64,000 nt of DNA from Shigella phage ESh28. Below, one piece after another: positions 8,020 through 17,066 of the stretch. The notes under the pieces are model-generated. The model searched no databases. It had not been told where the DNA came from and saw nothing but the letters and a program-made list of their open reading frames with translations. The translations under genes and the position numbers were made by a program. Within the stretch, counting starts at the first letter, position 1. Each line of letters begins with the position of its first letter. The stretch lies in the sequence record ON528738; one strand, written 5' to 3'.

Positions 8020-9029
8020 TGAAAACAGTAATGAAAAGCTATTTTGGTAGTCATCTTTATGGAACTTCTACCCCAGAATCTGATGTAGATTTTAAAGAAA
8101 TCTTTGTTCCTCCTGCTCGCGATATTCTTATTGGAAATGTTAAAGAGCACATGAGTAAAAATACCAACAACACATCATCTAAAAACACTAAAGATGATAT
8201 TGACCACGAATTGTATAGTCTTAAGTATTTCTTTAAATTAGCAGCAGATGGTGAAACTGTAGCATTGGATATGCTTCACACTCCACCTGAACTAGTGGTT
8301 AAATCTGATTTGCCTGATGTGTGGAAGTTTATTCAAGACAACCGTTCTCGTTTTTATACGACTAACATGAAATCCTATTTAGGATATGTCCGCAAGCAAG
8401 CTTCTAAATATGGTGTCAAGGGTTCTCGTTTGGCTGCATTACGCGATGTATTGAAAGTAGTTAATCAAATCCCTGAGCAATGGGTTGATTACCAAGAAGA
8501 TGGTTCTATTAAGCAGCGTCGTACTAAAGTTGAAGATATTAAGCATCGTCTTCCAGAAAACGAATTCTGTGAATGGGTGTTCCATAATCATGAGAAAACA
8601 GGCCCACAAACGTTCTACACTGTGTTGGGTCGTAAATATCAGACAACGCTTTCTCTTATTGAGCTTAAGCAGTCACTGAACAAATTAGATGCTGAATATG
8701 GTGAACGTGCTCGTAAGGCCGAAGCCAATGAAGGTATTGACTGGAAAGCTCTGAGTCATGCTTGCCGTGGTGGACTCCAACTATTGGAAATTTACAAAAC
8801 TGGTGACTTGGTTTATCCACTCAAAGATGCTCCTTTTATTCTCGACGTGAAGTTGGGTAAGCATCCATTTAAAACGGTTCAAGAGTTTTTGGAAGATGTG
8901 GTCGATCAAGTAGAAGCAGCATCTACTGAAGCTTCTAAGAACGGTATGCAACAAAAAGTAGACATGAGTTTCTGGGATGACTTCCTTGAGAAGGTCTATC
9001 TTGAAAACCACCGAAATTATTATAAATGA
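8016..9029 (+). CDS. Pol-beta-superfamily nucleotidyltransferase-like protein, 337 aa
   Basis: N-terminal GSHLYGTSTPESDVD fits the G[GS]x(9-13)Dx[DE] NTase active-site motif; helical C-terminal region. Confidence 0.55.
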   Translation: MMKTVMKSYFGSHLYGTSTPESDVDFKEIFVPPARDILIGNVKEHMSKNTNNTSSKNTKDDIDHELYSLKYFFKLAADGETVALDMLHTPPELVVKSDLPDVWKFIQDNRSRFYTTNMKSYLGYVRKQASKYGVKGSRLAALRDVLKVVNQIPEQWVDYQEDGSIKQRRTKVEDIKHRLPENEFCEWVFHNHEKTGPQTFYTVLGRKYQTTLSLIELKQSLNKLDAEYGERARKAEANEGIDWKALSHACRGGLQLLEIYKTGDLVYPLKDAPFILDVKLGKHPFKTVQEFLEDVVDQVEAASTEASKNGMQQKVDMSFWDDFLEKVYLENHRNYYK

Positions 9030-9030
9030 T

Positions 9031-9056
9031 AGGGAGCCTTCGGGCTCCCTTTTTTA
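9031..9056 (+). terminator. rho-independent terminator
   Basis: gggagcc-ttcg-ggctccc followed by ttttttatttc. Confidence 0.75.
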
Positions 9057-9077
9057 TTTCAAAAATTTTTCACAAAG

Positions 9078-9111
9078 TTGTTTACAAGCATAAAGCTTTA
9101 TGGTACTATAC
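9078..9111 (+). promoter_or_regulatory. T4-type early promoter with A/T-rich upstream tract
   Basis: gtttac 9080-9085, tggtactat -10 9101-9109, conserved leader caactatcaact. Confidence 0.6.
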
Positions 9112-9143
9112 AACTATCAACTGATACGGATTTGGAGAATAAA

Positions 9144-10112
9144 ATGAAAACTGTAACTATCAATAAGGGTATCTACTTCGGTAAAGAAATCTCTGGAACT
9201 TTTGAGCTCTTAGGCGAATGGTTCCCAGATAATGCTCCGGTAGATGCACAAGGAGATGGTAAAGTTTTTGTTGAAATTGACGGTAAGCGTCGCGGTGTTT
9301 GGGTTTACAAATCAGACATTTCATATGATGGTGTAAAAGTTGAAGAAGTTAAAGAATCATATGAAGATATGAAAACCCGCATTAATAAAAGATTTAATGT
9401 TATGGGAATGATGACGAATGGTATTATTAACGGAAACATTCGTTCATTAATTATCTCTGGTGCGGCGGGTATTGGTAAAACGTATTCTTTAGATAAAGCT
9501 TTAAATAAAGCAAATGATATTGGATACATTGAATATAAAAGCATTAACGGTAAAATCTCTGGTATCGGTCTTTATGAACAGCTTTGGAATAATCGTGAAG
9601 AGAATTCTGTCCTTTTGATTGATGATGTGGATGTTTTCTCTGATATGGACATTCTTAATCTTCTAAAAGCTGCTCTGGACACTGGAGAGACCCGTAAAGT
9701 CTGCTGGAGCACTGCATCTTCTTACTTAGAAGAAAAAGGCATTGAGCGTGAGTTTGAATTTAAAGGAACGATTGTTTTTATCACAAACGTTGACATTGAC
9801 CGCGAATTAGACCGTGGTACTAAACTTGCTCCGCATTTACAAGCATTAGTGTCCCGCTCAGTTTATTTGGATTTGGGTGTTCACACTAATGAAGAAATTA
9901 TGGTCAGGGTTGAAGATGTTATTCTTTCAACTGACATGATGCAAAAGCGCGGTCTTTCTGATGAAGAAACTTATAAAGCATTATCATGGATGAAAGTCAA
10001 TGTTAATCGTTTACGCAATGTTTCACTGCGTACTGCACTTTATCTTGCTGACTTTATTATGACCGACAAAAATGGTTGGGAAGAAATTGCTGAGGTTACT
10101 CTTCTGAAATAA
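9144..10112 (+). CDS. AAA+ family ATPase, 322 aa
   Basis: Track ORF 9078..10112 trimmed to ATG after ttggagaat RBS; Walker A GAAGIGKT and Walker B LLIDDVD. Confidence 0.65.
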   Translation: MKTVTINKGIYFGKEISGTFELLGEWFPDNAPVDAQGDGKVFVEIDGKRRGVWVYKSDISYDGVKVEEVKESYEDMKTRINKRFNVMGMMTNGIINGNIRSLIISGAAGIGKTYSLDKALNKANDIGYIEYKSINGKISGIGLYEQLWNNREENSVLLIDDVDVFSDMDILNLLKAALDTGETRKVCWSTASSYLEEKGIEREFEFKGTIVFITNVDIDRELDRGTKLAPHLQALVSRSVYLDLGVHTNEEIMVRVEDVILSTDMMQKRGLSDEETYKALSWMKVNVNRLRNVSLRTALYLADFIMTDKNGWEEIAEVTLLK

Positions 10113-10213
10113 TTCATAAGAGGCCTTCTATGACAAAAAGGCAGTTCAGAAATAGATTATATGGACTGCCATCAAAAAGATGACTAGAATTAAACTGGTA
10201 AATGGAGGTAATG

Positions 10214-10516
10214 ATGTTATACTCAAAGGCTCGTGAAATTTATGAAACTAAAATTAAAGACGCGGTTCATCAGTTCGCAACGACAATGCGTTGGACAAAT
10301 GACTGGGAATACTCCAAGAATCATAAGAAGCCCTTGGTGACAAGAAAGGCTCATATATTAGTGTTAATAGACCGTGAGCAGATTAAAGCCCGAGAAGCCC
10401 TCCAGAATCATAAAAAGGCTGCCTTTGAATGGTTTATGGATAACACTGCTCCTGAGACTAAGAAAGCAGTGAGCGCTTGGTTCAGTGGAAAAAATTGTGA
10501 AAGAAGTTTCTTTTAG
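10214..10516 (+). CDS. hypothetical protein, about 100 aa
   Basis: Track ORF 10202..10516; start moved to ATG downstream of ggagg. Confidence 0.45.
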   Translation: MLYSKAREIYETKIKDAVHQFATTMRWTNDWEYSKNHKKPLVTRKAHILVLIDREQIKAREALQNHKKAAFEWFMDNTAPETKKAVSAWFSGKNCERSFF

Positions 10517-10550
10517 TTGTTTACAAGACCGTTCCTCTGTGGTACTATAC
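10517..10550 (+). promoter_or_regulatory. T4-type early promoter (cassette repeated at 62184..62217)
   Basis: gtttac 10519-10524, tggtactat 10540-10548; about 65 bp near-identical to 62183..62247. Confidence 0.6.
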
Positions 10551-10576
10551 AACTATCAACTACGGAGGAACAGAAA

Positions 10577-11104
10577 ATGAATGCTAAAGATATTTTCAAC
10601 TTGGTAAACTACAATGATGGTAAATTTAAATCTGAAGCTCAAAGCAAGTTCTTTAATGATGTCTCAATCGGTGGTGAAATCACGGTTGATGGAGGACAAA
10701 TTTACAAATCCCGTTGGAATTGGATCGTTATTATCGATGAGATTGGTATTGTAGAAATTTACAAGAATACGAATAAAAATCGTACATTACACTGGTCTCG
10801 TGATACTAACGAACAGTACAAAAAGGATAAAGCATCTAAATTATCTCGTGTAACTCAAGAAGATATTGAGTTCATCAAGAAAGATATTTTGATGTATGAT
10901 AACTTAATTGCTGAAGAGCAAGCTGTTATTGATAAATTTGACGAGATTAAAGCTTCTCGTGAAATTCCTGATTTTATGAAAGAATCAGTAAATGAACGAT
11001 ACACTCTCATTTCAGAGCGTATTGAAACTTACAAAAAGCAAAGAGCTGAACGCCAAAATACTCTTCGGAAGTTTGAAGAACGGTTAAAGACGGTACTCGC
11101 ATAA
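10577..11104 (+). CDS. hypothetical protein, 175 aa
   Basis: Track ORF 10517..11104 trimmed to ATG following acggagga RBS. Confidence 0.55.
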   Translation: MNAKDIFNLVNYNDGKFKSEAQSKFFNDVSIGGEITVDGGQIYKSRWNWIVIIDEIGIVEIYKNTNKNRTLHWSRDTNEQYKKDKASKLSRVTQEDIEFIKKDILMYDNLIAEEQAVIDKFDEIKASREIPDFMKESVNERYTLISERIETYKKQRAERQNTLRKFEERLKTVLA

Positions 11105-11132
11105 CCGCTTTATACCAAGGATGGTATAATGG
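11105..11132 (+). promoter_or_regulatory. possible early promoter (extended -10 only)
   Basis: atggtataat at 11121-11130; weak -35. Confidence 0.35.
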
Positions 11133-11159
11133 TTCTAAGCCCTTTTAATTGAGATTATT

Positions 11160-11522
11160 ATGAAACAGTTGATAATTAAAAGATTGAATTTATTGATATG
11201 TTGTTTATGTATAGTAATTGCATATGGTTATTACGCAATTAATGATTATATGCATTATAAAGATTATGATGTTACTGTAGTTAATACCATTACAGGAACA
11301 CAAGGAAAGGGGTCTAGTTTATCGTTTATTGCCGTATATGAACTCAAAGACGGTTATAGATTTAGCGAATATATTTCGCCAGAGATGTATTCATCAATAG
11401 AAAAAGGTGATAATATTACTGTAAGTTTACGTCCTTTCGACGTAAAACAGACATTGTTTGATAATATTGTTTGGTTTTTTGGAATGGTATTAGTTCAATC
11501 TGTGTGTGTGGTGCTTATATAG
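11160..11522 (+). CDS. membrane-anchored protein, 120 aa
   Basis: Track ORF; N-terminal hydrophobic helix LNLLICCLCIVIAYGYYAI. Confidence 0.5.
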   Translation: MKQLIIKRLNLLICCLCIVIAYGYYAINDYMHYKDYDVTVVNTITGTQGKGSSLSFIAVYELKDGYRFSEYISPEMYSSIEKGDNITVSLRPFDVKQTLFDNIVWFFGMVLVQSVCVVLI

Positions 11523-11576
11523 TCTGTTCCATCTTATTCTGTATATTTAGTAAAATTGAAATTGAGTGAGGAAAAT

Positions 11577-12464
11577 ATGTCAGTAGTAATTAATAATGTC
11601 AATGCAGTAATTAAATCTTTAGTTAATAAAAAATTGAATGAATGGACTGTACTTCGTCGTGGAGAGCCAGATAAATTTTTTCATAGATTTAACCCAACTT
11701 TGGATTTGAATGTTATTGATAAAGATGTTCATGCTGAAATTTTAGATAAATTTAAAGTTGATATTGGGTTTGGATTAGATAAACATTTACAACGAACAAA
11801 CGGGTCTGGAATGGGTTTATCTAATCGCATTATGAAAGCCCTTAATAAAATTGGAGCATTGTCTCGTATTAACGCGAGTGAAATCCTTCGCAATTATAAT
11901 AAAGGATACGACCTTTATGGTCGACTAATGCCGAAATTATCATTTGACCAAATGATAGCGGATTTGTGGGAAAATCAACGACGATTATTAGCATTAGGCG
12001 CTCGATTAGCTAAAGGTCTAGATAAACAAATGATTTTTAAGACCAATAATACAGAAGACCTTAAATGCTTTAAATTTAGTATTCGCGGAGATGATTATTA
12101 CATCAGAGCTCGCTCTACAGATTATGTTAATATGGGACATCATCTCTGTTTAGCTTTTGAAGTTTTAAAAGAAGCCGGAACATTAGAATATTCGTCTGGT
12201 GCAAAATGCCCGATTGGTTCAAGTTGTATTTTAATTTATCGCCCGGATGAATCCAGTTCATCTAAATTACCTACAAAACCTGTACCAGTTCGTAGTAACG
12301 AAAAACATTCTGAACAAATTGATTATTTTAATAAGCAAATTGAAGAGCTGAATATTTCTATTCAACAGTATGACGATGAAATTTTCAGACTATCTGGATT
12401 GAGTAGTAAAGCTAAATCTGAGCGTGAAAAGTTAATTAAAATTGTTGATTTACTTAAATCTTAA
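11577..12464 (+). CDS. hypothetical protein with C-terminal coiled coil, 295 aa (family member 1 of 4)
   Basis: Track ORF 11556..12464 trimmed to ATG after gtgaggaaaat; C-terminal heptad-like EQIDYFNKQIEELNISIQQYDDEIFRL. Confidence 0.55.
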   Translation: MSVVINNVNAVIKSLVNKKLNEWTVLRRGEPDKFFHRFNPTLDLNVIDKDVHAEILDKFKVDIGFGLDKHLQRTNGSGMGLSNRIMKALNKIGALSRINASEILRNYNKGYDLYGRLMPKLSFDQMIADLWENQRRLLALGARLAKGLDKQMIFKTNNTEDLKCFKFSIRGDDYYIRARSTDYVNMGHHLCLAFEVLKEAGTLEYSSGAKCPIGSSCILIYRPDESSSSKLPTKPVPVRSNEKHSEQIDYFNKQIEELNISIQQYDDEIFRLSGLSSKAKSEREKLIKIVDLLKS

Positions 12465-12472
12465 GGAACACT

Positions 12473-13501
12473 ATGAAAACTCGTTCTCAAATTGAAGATA
12501 TAGTTCGTAATGCCAGCTATACTCGTGATGTTATGACATTTTTGTGCCAAAATAATTTAGACCCTGATAAAGTTAATCGTGATATTCATCACTTTAAGTA
12601 TACGAATAGCAGTGAATGGGTGCGTAATTTTAGTAAAGCAGGGTATATTACGCAAATGACTGCTCGTGAACAGCTCACCGATTTCTGTAAAACTATTGAT
12701 TATAAAAATCCTTTATTTGTTCAAGGCGTTGGTCAGAGTAAGGTTGATTTATCAACAGGATTTTTTAATCCAAATCATTATCGTCTTGAATGGAGATTTA
12801 TTGCTCTATTCCGTAAACAATTAAAGCAAATTTTGTCTACAGCTAGTCGATTAAAAGGTTCTAATATTAACTTAAAGAATCTGAAATTTGATGGTTATAC
12901 TCTTCAAATGGAAGTAAGACCATCTAAAGAAAATAATAGAACTGCACGAATTAGCTTTAAACCTAATACAAAAAATTCTCTTTCAATTTGTGAATGTCTT
13001 AAATCACAGTTGACAGAAGCATTTAAGTATATGGATGTTGTTGCTGCTGTTCAATCTAAGATTTTACCTCGTTTTGAACGATTTAAGTTAGATACAACAT
13101 CATATGAACTTGATATGATCGTTTCATTTAAATACGATTTTTTGAGAAAGGACGAAGTCCCGCAAGAGAAAAAGCAGGAAGTGCAAGATAACTTAAATTT
13201 AAATTTATCCAATTACTTATCAAACGATCCTAAATTTTGGATGTATAGCTCAAGCAATATAGATGCATGTAAACTTAATAAAGTGAGTTTTCTTCCTACT
13301 GAAAATTCAAATTTTAAACCTGTAGAAAAATGGCACGCTGACGCGATTGAGAAGTCTCTTAAGGCAGTAGATGATGAACTCGTTAAAGCGACCAATGAAG
13401 TGCTAGAAGCTGAAAAGGTGTTAGAACAAGCTCAGTCAAGGGTTCAAAATCTGACAAAGCAACGTTCTAAACTGAACAATGCACTAAATGCACTGAACTA
13501 G
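12473..13501 (+). CDS. hypothetical protein with C-terminal coiled coil, 342 aa (family member 2 of 4)
   Basis: Track ORF; C-terminal LKAVDDELVKATNEVLEAEKVLEQAQSRVQNLTKQRSKLNNALNALN. Confidence 0.6.
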   Translation: MKTRSQIEDIVRNASYTRDVMTFLCQNNLDPDKVNRDIHHFKYTNSSEWVRNFSKAGYITQMTAREQLTDFCKTIDYKNPLFVQGVGQSKVDLSTGFFNPNHYRLEWRFIALFRKQLKQILSTASRLKGSNINLKNLKFDGYTLQMEVRPSKENNRTARISFKPNTKNSLSICECLKSQLTEAFKYMDVVAAVQSKILPRFERFKLDTTSYELDMIVSFKYDFLRKDEVPQEKKQEVQDNLNLNLSNYLSNDPKFWMYSSSNIDACKLNKVSFLPTENSNFKPVEKWHADAIEKSLKAVDDELVKATNEVLEAEKVLEQAQSRVQNLTKQRSKLNNALNALN

Positions 13502-13532
13502 TTTACTTTGCCACAAGGATGTGGTATAATGT
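13499..13532 (+). promoter_or_regulatory. T4-type early promoter (near-identical copy at 57398..57431)
   Basis: gtttactttgccacaaggatgtggtataat; gtttac 13501-13506, tataat 13525-13530. Confidence 0.6.
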
Positions 13533-13558
13533 TCTTACTTTCTACTGAGGAGATTAAT

Positions 13559-14560
13559 ATGACTCGTAACGAATATATCAAATCATTCAATAGCGTTATT
13601 GATGATAAAGCTATACCGATGTTTGGTCAAAATATCGTTCTTTCTATTATCAATCAATGGCTCAATAGTGTTGATGCAAGTATTGTTTCTTCTACTAAAT
13701 TTATTCATGAAATTCGTAAAATTTCTAGCCGTGTAGATAAAGATCTTATCAAGAAAACCTTTAAAGAGTCTCGTCTTCTTTCATATTTGGTTAATCGGGA
13801 TATTCTTGGTAATTTTGGGAAAGAAATTAAACGAACCAAAGATGTAGTAGGATATAATTGGTTCGGTGATGTTAATTCTTATCATCTTAATAATAAAGAA
13901 GACCCTGAGAATATTTTTACTCGTCGTTGGATTAGTAATTTCAGACTTTTCAAAGGACAGATTCTAAAATCAGCTTCTAAATTATGTTATGGCGATTATC
14001 GTCAAATTCATCCTTTGGCTTCTGATATGATTATCGTAAAAGAATATGAGCTTGATGAAAATAAAGTAGCTATTTTTGTGAATTATGGATTTTTTACACC
14101 AGAAACTAACCAAAAGAACATCAATAAATTTTTCTCAATTGCTAGCACTATAACTCGTCAATTAGAGACCGCATTACTTTGTATGGAAACAGTAGAAAAT
14201 ATTCATACATATCCTTTTAAGAATATATGCGGTTGGGAAGGATATAAAATTGTAGTTAGTCTTCGTGAAGTGAAATGTACTTATTCACCTACTAGTAAAG
14301 AAATTTACCAACAAAAATGTGATGAAATTGTGAATACTCCTAAAGAAGAAACTACCCTTGAGGAACTAATGGAATGTCTTGACGATTCACCTGAACCGAT
14401 AGAAATTCGTCCAGAAGTTATTGCACTAGAAAAAGCTTATAAAGAAGCTCTAGAAATTTCTAATAAAGCACAGAAAGAATATGAGAAGGCTAAAAGGATT
14501 TGGGAAGAATCTGTTAATCGCCTGGATCGTCTTGAACAAGCTTTACAGTTAATTAAGTAA
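13559..14560 (+). CDS. hypothetical protein with C-terminal coiled coil, 333 aa (family member 3 of 4)
   Basis: Track ORF 13508..14560 trimmed to ATG after ctgaggagatt; C-terminal coiled-coil-like tail. Confidence 0.6.
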   Translation: MTRNEYIKSFNSVIDDKAIPMFGQNIVLSIINQWLNSVDASIVSSTKFIHEIRKISSRVDKDLIKKTFKESRLLSYLVNRDILGNFGKEIKRTKDVVGYNWFGDVNSYHLNNKEDPENIFTRRWISNFRLFKGQILKSASKLCYGDYRQIHPLASDMIIVKEYELDENKVAIFVNYGFFTPETNQKNINKFFSIASTITRQLETALLCMETVENIHTYPFKNICGWEGYKIVVSLREVKCTYSPTSKEIYQQKCDEIVNTPKEETTLEELMECLDDSPEPIEIRPEVIALEKAYKEALEISNKAQKEYEKAKRIWEESVNRLDRLEQALQLIK

Positions 14561-14612
14561 TTTAAAGCCAAGGATGGCTCGGAGTATAAACCATTAACCA
14601 AGTGAGAAGAAT

Positions 14613-15542
14613 ATGAAAACTCGTAAACATTATATTGATTATTTTGACAGTCTTATTACTAAACACCGTAATTATCAGATCGGGCACAGAGCAGTAATCA
14701 ATAATATTCTTCGTGATTTCCTTCAATATGTTGGCCAGGAAAATCATATCTGTAAAGATACTCAAAACGCTTATTCTCATTCGTTAGGCAATTTGCTTCA
14801 ATGGTTTAAACGTTCTCGTCTGTTATCTTCTACTGTAGCTAGTGATAACATTAAAAACTTTATGAAGCCGAGCTTCATTAAATCTGAGACATCTATAACC
14901 GATTTGGTTGAATTTACTATTGTTAACGATGTTAAAAAGACCCATTTGGCTGATTGGTTATCTACCATTCCCGAAACTAAATTTGCTGATAAATTCGCTT
15001 GTCAATTCAATGACCAAGTGAATATGCTTTTTAAGCATGCTCGTAAACTATTTACCGCGGGCGATGACCGTACAAATACAGTTCATGTTAAGGATTGGGT
15101 TATTGCTGATGAAGTAACACACAAGCCAGGTGGTTCATCAGTATTAATTAATATCCAGGTTCCTTATTATTACTCACGTAATCTCGGCACCATGACAGCT
15201 AGAGAAATTAATAAGCACAACAAAACTATTCGTTCGTTGTCTTATAAACTCTGCACGATGGTGGAGATGATGGACGTAGTGGAAATGTATGATGAAACCG
15301 AAGATAATGGTTCAATGTTATACAGTTCACGCATTCTAATTAAACTGAAGAACCCTAATACATATAAGACAGTTGTAAAAGAGCCTAAAGTAGAAAAGGT
15401 TGATAATCTGAGTGAAGAACGTGAATATCTCAATGCCCGTTTGACTGAAGTTGAAAAACAAATTGCAGAACACACCAAATTGTTAAAATCTCTTAATGCA
15501 AAAGCAAATGGTTTACGTAATGCTATTGAGGTATTGAAATGA
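14613..15542 (+). CDS. hypothetical protein with C-terminal coiled coil, 309 aa (family member 4 of 4)
   Basis: Track ORF; C-terminal [44 protein letters not shown]. Confidence 0.6.
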   Translation: MKTRKHYIDYFDSLITKHRNYQIGHRAVINNILRDFLQYVGQENHICKDTQNAYSHSLGNLLQWFKRSRLLSSTVASDNIKNFMKPSFIKSETSITDLVEFTIVNDVKKTHLADWLSTIPETKFADKFACQFNDQVNMLFKHARKLFTAGDDRTNTVHVKDWVIADEVTHKPGGSSVLINIQVPYYYSRNLGTMTAREINKHNKTIRSLSYKLCTMVEMMDVVEMYDETEDNGSMLYSSRILIKLKNPNTYKTVVKEPKVEKVDNLSEEREYLNARLTEVEKQIAEHTKLLKSLNAKANGLRNAIEVLK

Positions 15543-15856
15543 AAAAGCGTCTATTAGAAGACATTGCAGCTTCAAGTAATTCCAGTTTAATTAAAATTAT
15601 TATGGCCGGTGAAGAAGACGATATGGAAATGCGTGGAAAGATTCACGGCTGCGACGATCTAGACTTTAAACCTCCTGCTTGGGATGCTATTATGGCTATG
15701 GTTGAACGTCGCGAAAGGGCTTCTAAAAACGTTCCTAATTGTCCTGAATGCGGTACTGAACAGGTTCAATTGGTCCATTGGCAGACTAGTAATCTTCGTT
15801 ATAAATGCCGTCATTGCAAACACCGATTTAACCGAGAAGAAAATGACAAAGCGTAA
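15539..15856 (+). CDS. zinc-ribbon protein, 105 aa
   Basis: Track ORF; CPECG...CRHCKHRF four-Cys motif. Confidence 0.5.
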   Translation: MKKRLLEDIAASSNSSLIKIIMAGEEDDMEMRGKIHGCDDLDFKPPAWDAIMAMVERRERASKNVPNCPECGTEQVQLVHWQTSNLRYKCRHCKHRFNREENDKA

Positions 15857-16085
15857 AGAATATATGGAGGCTGCTGAAAAGGCAGTCCGTGAATTAGCAA
15901 TATCTTATTATAATGAACATGGCAAATTTCCTGATAGATACAGTGTGCTTAAATCTGCTTTAACTCGTTCATACAAAAATATGCTATCAGAAGTAAGTGA
16001 TATTATATACAAACATAAAGAACAAACGGGCCAAAGTCTTGATTACGACGAGACTTTTAAACAAGTACTAGGAATTAAGGAATAA
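15843..16085 (+). CDS. hypothetical protein, 80 aa
   Basis: Track ORF 15684..16085 trimmed to ATG (MTKRKEY) overlapping end of previous gene. Confidence 0.45.
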   Translation: MTKRKEYMEAAEKAVRELAISYYNEHGKFPDRYSVLKSALTRSYKNMLSEVSDIIYKHKEQTGQSLDYDETFKQVLGIKE

Positions 16086-16086
16086 T

Positions 16087-16350
16087 ATGTTTAAAGTATA
16101 TGGTTATGATAGCAACATCCACAAATGCGTATATTGCGATAATGCAAAACGTCTCTTGACTGTGAAGAAACAGCCATTTGAATTTATCAATATTATGCCG
16201 GAAAAAGGTGTTTTTGATGATGAGAAAATCGCTGAGCTTCTGACTAAACTAGGTCGTGATACTCAAATCGGCTTGACGATGCCTCAAGTATTTGCTCCTG
16301 ATGGAAGTCATATTGGTGGATTTGACCAATTGCGGGAATACTTTAAATGA
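16087..16350 (+). CDS. nrdC: phage thioredoxin/glutaredoxin NrdC
   Basis: 87 aa, MFKVYGYDSNIHKCVYCDNAKRLL with CVYC redox motif; matches T4 NrdC as recalled. Confidence 0.85.
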   Translation: MFKVYGYDSNIHKCVYCDNAKRLLTVKKQPFEFINIMPEKGVFDDEKIAELLTKLGRDTQIGLTMPQVFAPDGSHIGGFDQLREYFK

Positions 16351-16562
16351 TTCTCGAAGGAACTGATTATATCCATGATTACCGCGGAAGCGCGGTATAT
16401 GTAGGTGATGAAGTTGCAGTTTATTATGGGTATGGAACTTTGATGACAGCTAAGGTTATTCAAATTAAAAATAATCGTGCTAAACTCGAAGTTTATTATT
16501 CTAATGGTGAAAAGTCTATTTCTAAGTGGAAATATGGCGATTGCATGGTCAAACTGGGGTAA
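16347..16562 (+). CDS. hypothetical protein, 71 aa
   Basis: Track ORF; ATGA overlap with nrdC. Confidence 0.5.
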   Translation: MILEGTDYIHDYRGSAVYVGDEVAVYYGYGTLMTAKVIQIKNNRAKLEVYYSNGEKSISKWKYGDCMVKLG

Positions 16563-16564
16563 AT

Positions 16565-16735
16565 ATGATTTACGATATTAATGCAGCAAGAGCTCCGTCA
16601 ATGGTTACTATTCCAGTTGAAGAATTAGATCGTCTTCATAAAATTGAAGAACTTCTTTGGGAAATTGAATCTGATTTGCCATCAGGATTAGAATCCTGGA
16701 TTGATTATGAAGACCTTAATAAATTGCGAAATTAA
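16565..16735 (+). CDS. hypothetical acidic protein, 56 aa
   Basis: Track ORF 16526..16735 trimmed to ATG after previous stop. Confidence 0.45.
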   Translation: MIYDINAARAPSMVTIPVEELDRLHKIEELLWEIESDLPSGLESWIDYEDLNKLRN

Positions 16736-16745
16736 GTGGTGACAA

Positions 16746-17066
16746 ATGACTATTGAAAATAAATTAGATGTTGATGCAGTTCTGAGTGAAATCATTGAAG
16801 ACCATGATGCATTTTCAGAAAACTATGATTTCGATTTTTCCGATTATCTCAAACCTGTCGAAATAGAAGACTGGGTACAAGACGGCAAATGTCAATATCG
16901 TCAGTGTGTTTATTTTAGTCCAAAACATAACGTTCATGTGGCTGTAAATGAAACTCGCTCAGGTTCTTACCATTCTGACTGGTATTATGCAGTTCCTACT
17001 GTTGAACTGGTTGAGCTTCGAGAACGTGTAGTAACTCAGACAGTACGAGAATGGATTACGCTATAA
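16746..17066 (+). CDS. hypothetical acidic protein, 106 aa
   Basis: Track ORF with gtggtgacaa RBS. Confidence 0.5.
   Translation: MTIENKLDVDAVLSEIIEDHDAFSENYDFDFSDYLKPVEIEDWVQDGKCQYRQCVYFSPKHNVHVAVNETRSGSYHSDWYYAVPTVELVELRERVVTQTVREWITL

Noticed and set aside
9021-9028. TATAAATG late-promoter-like sequences inside coding regions (also near 20495)
   Set aside because: One mismatch to TATAAATA and located within or at the end of ORFs; exact TATAAATA cores at 4115 and 44603 were reported instead
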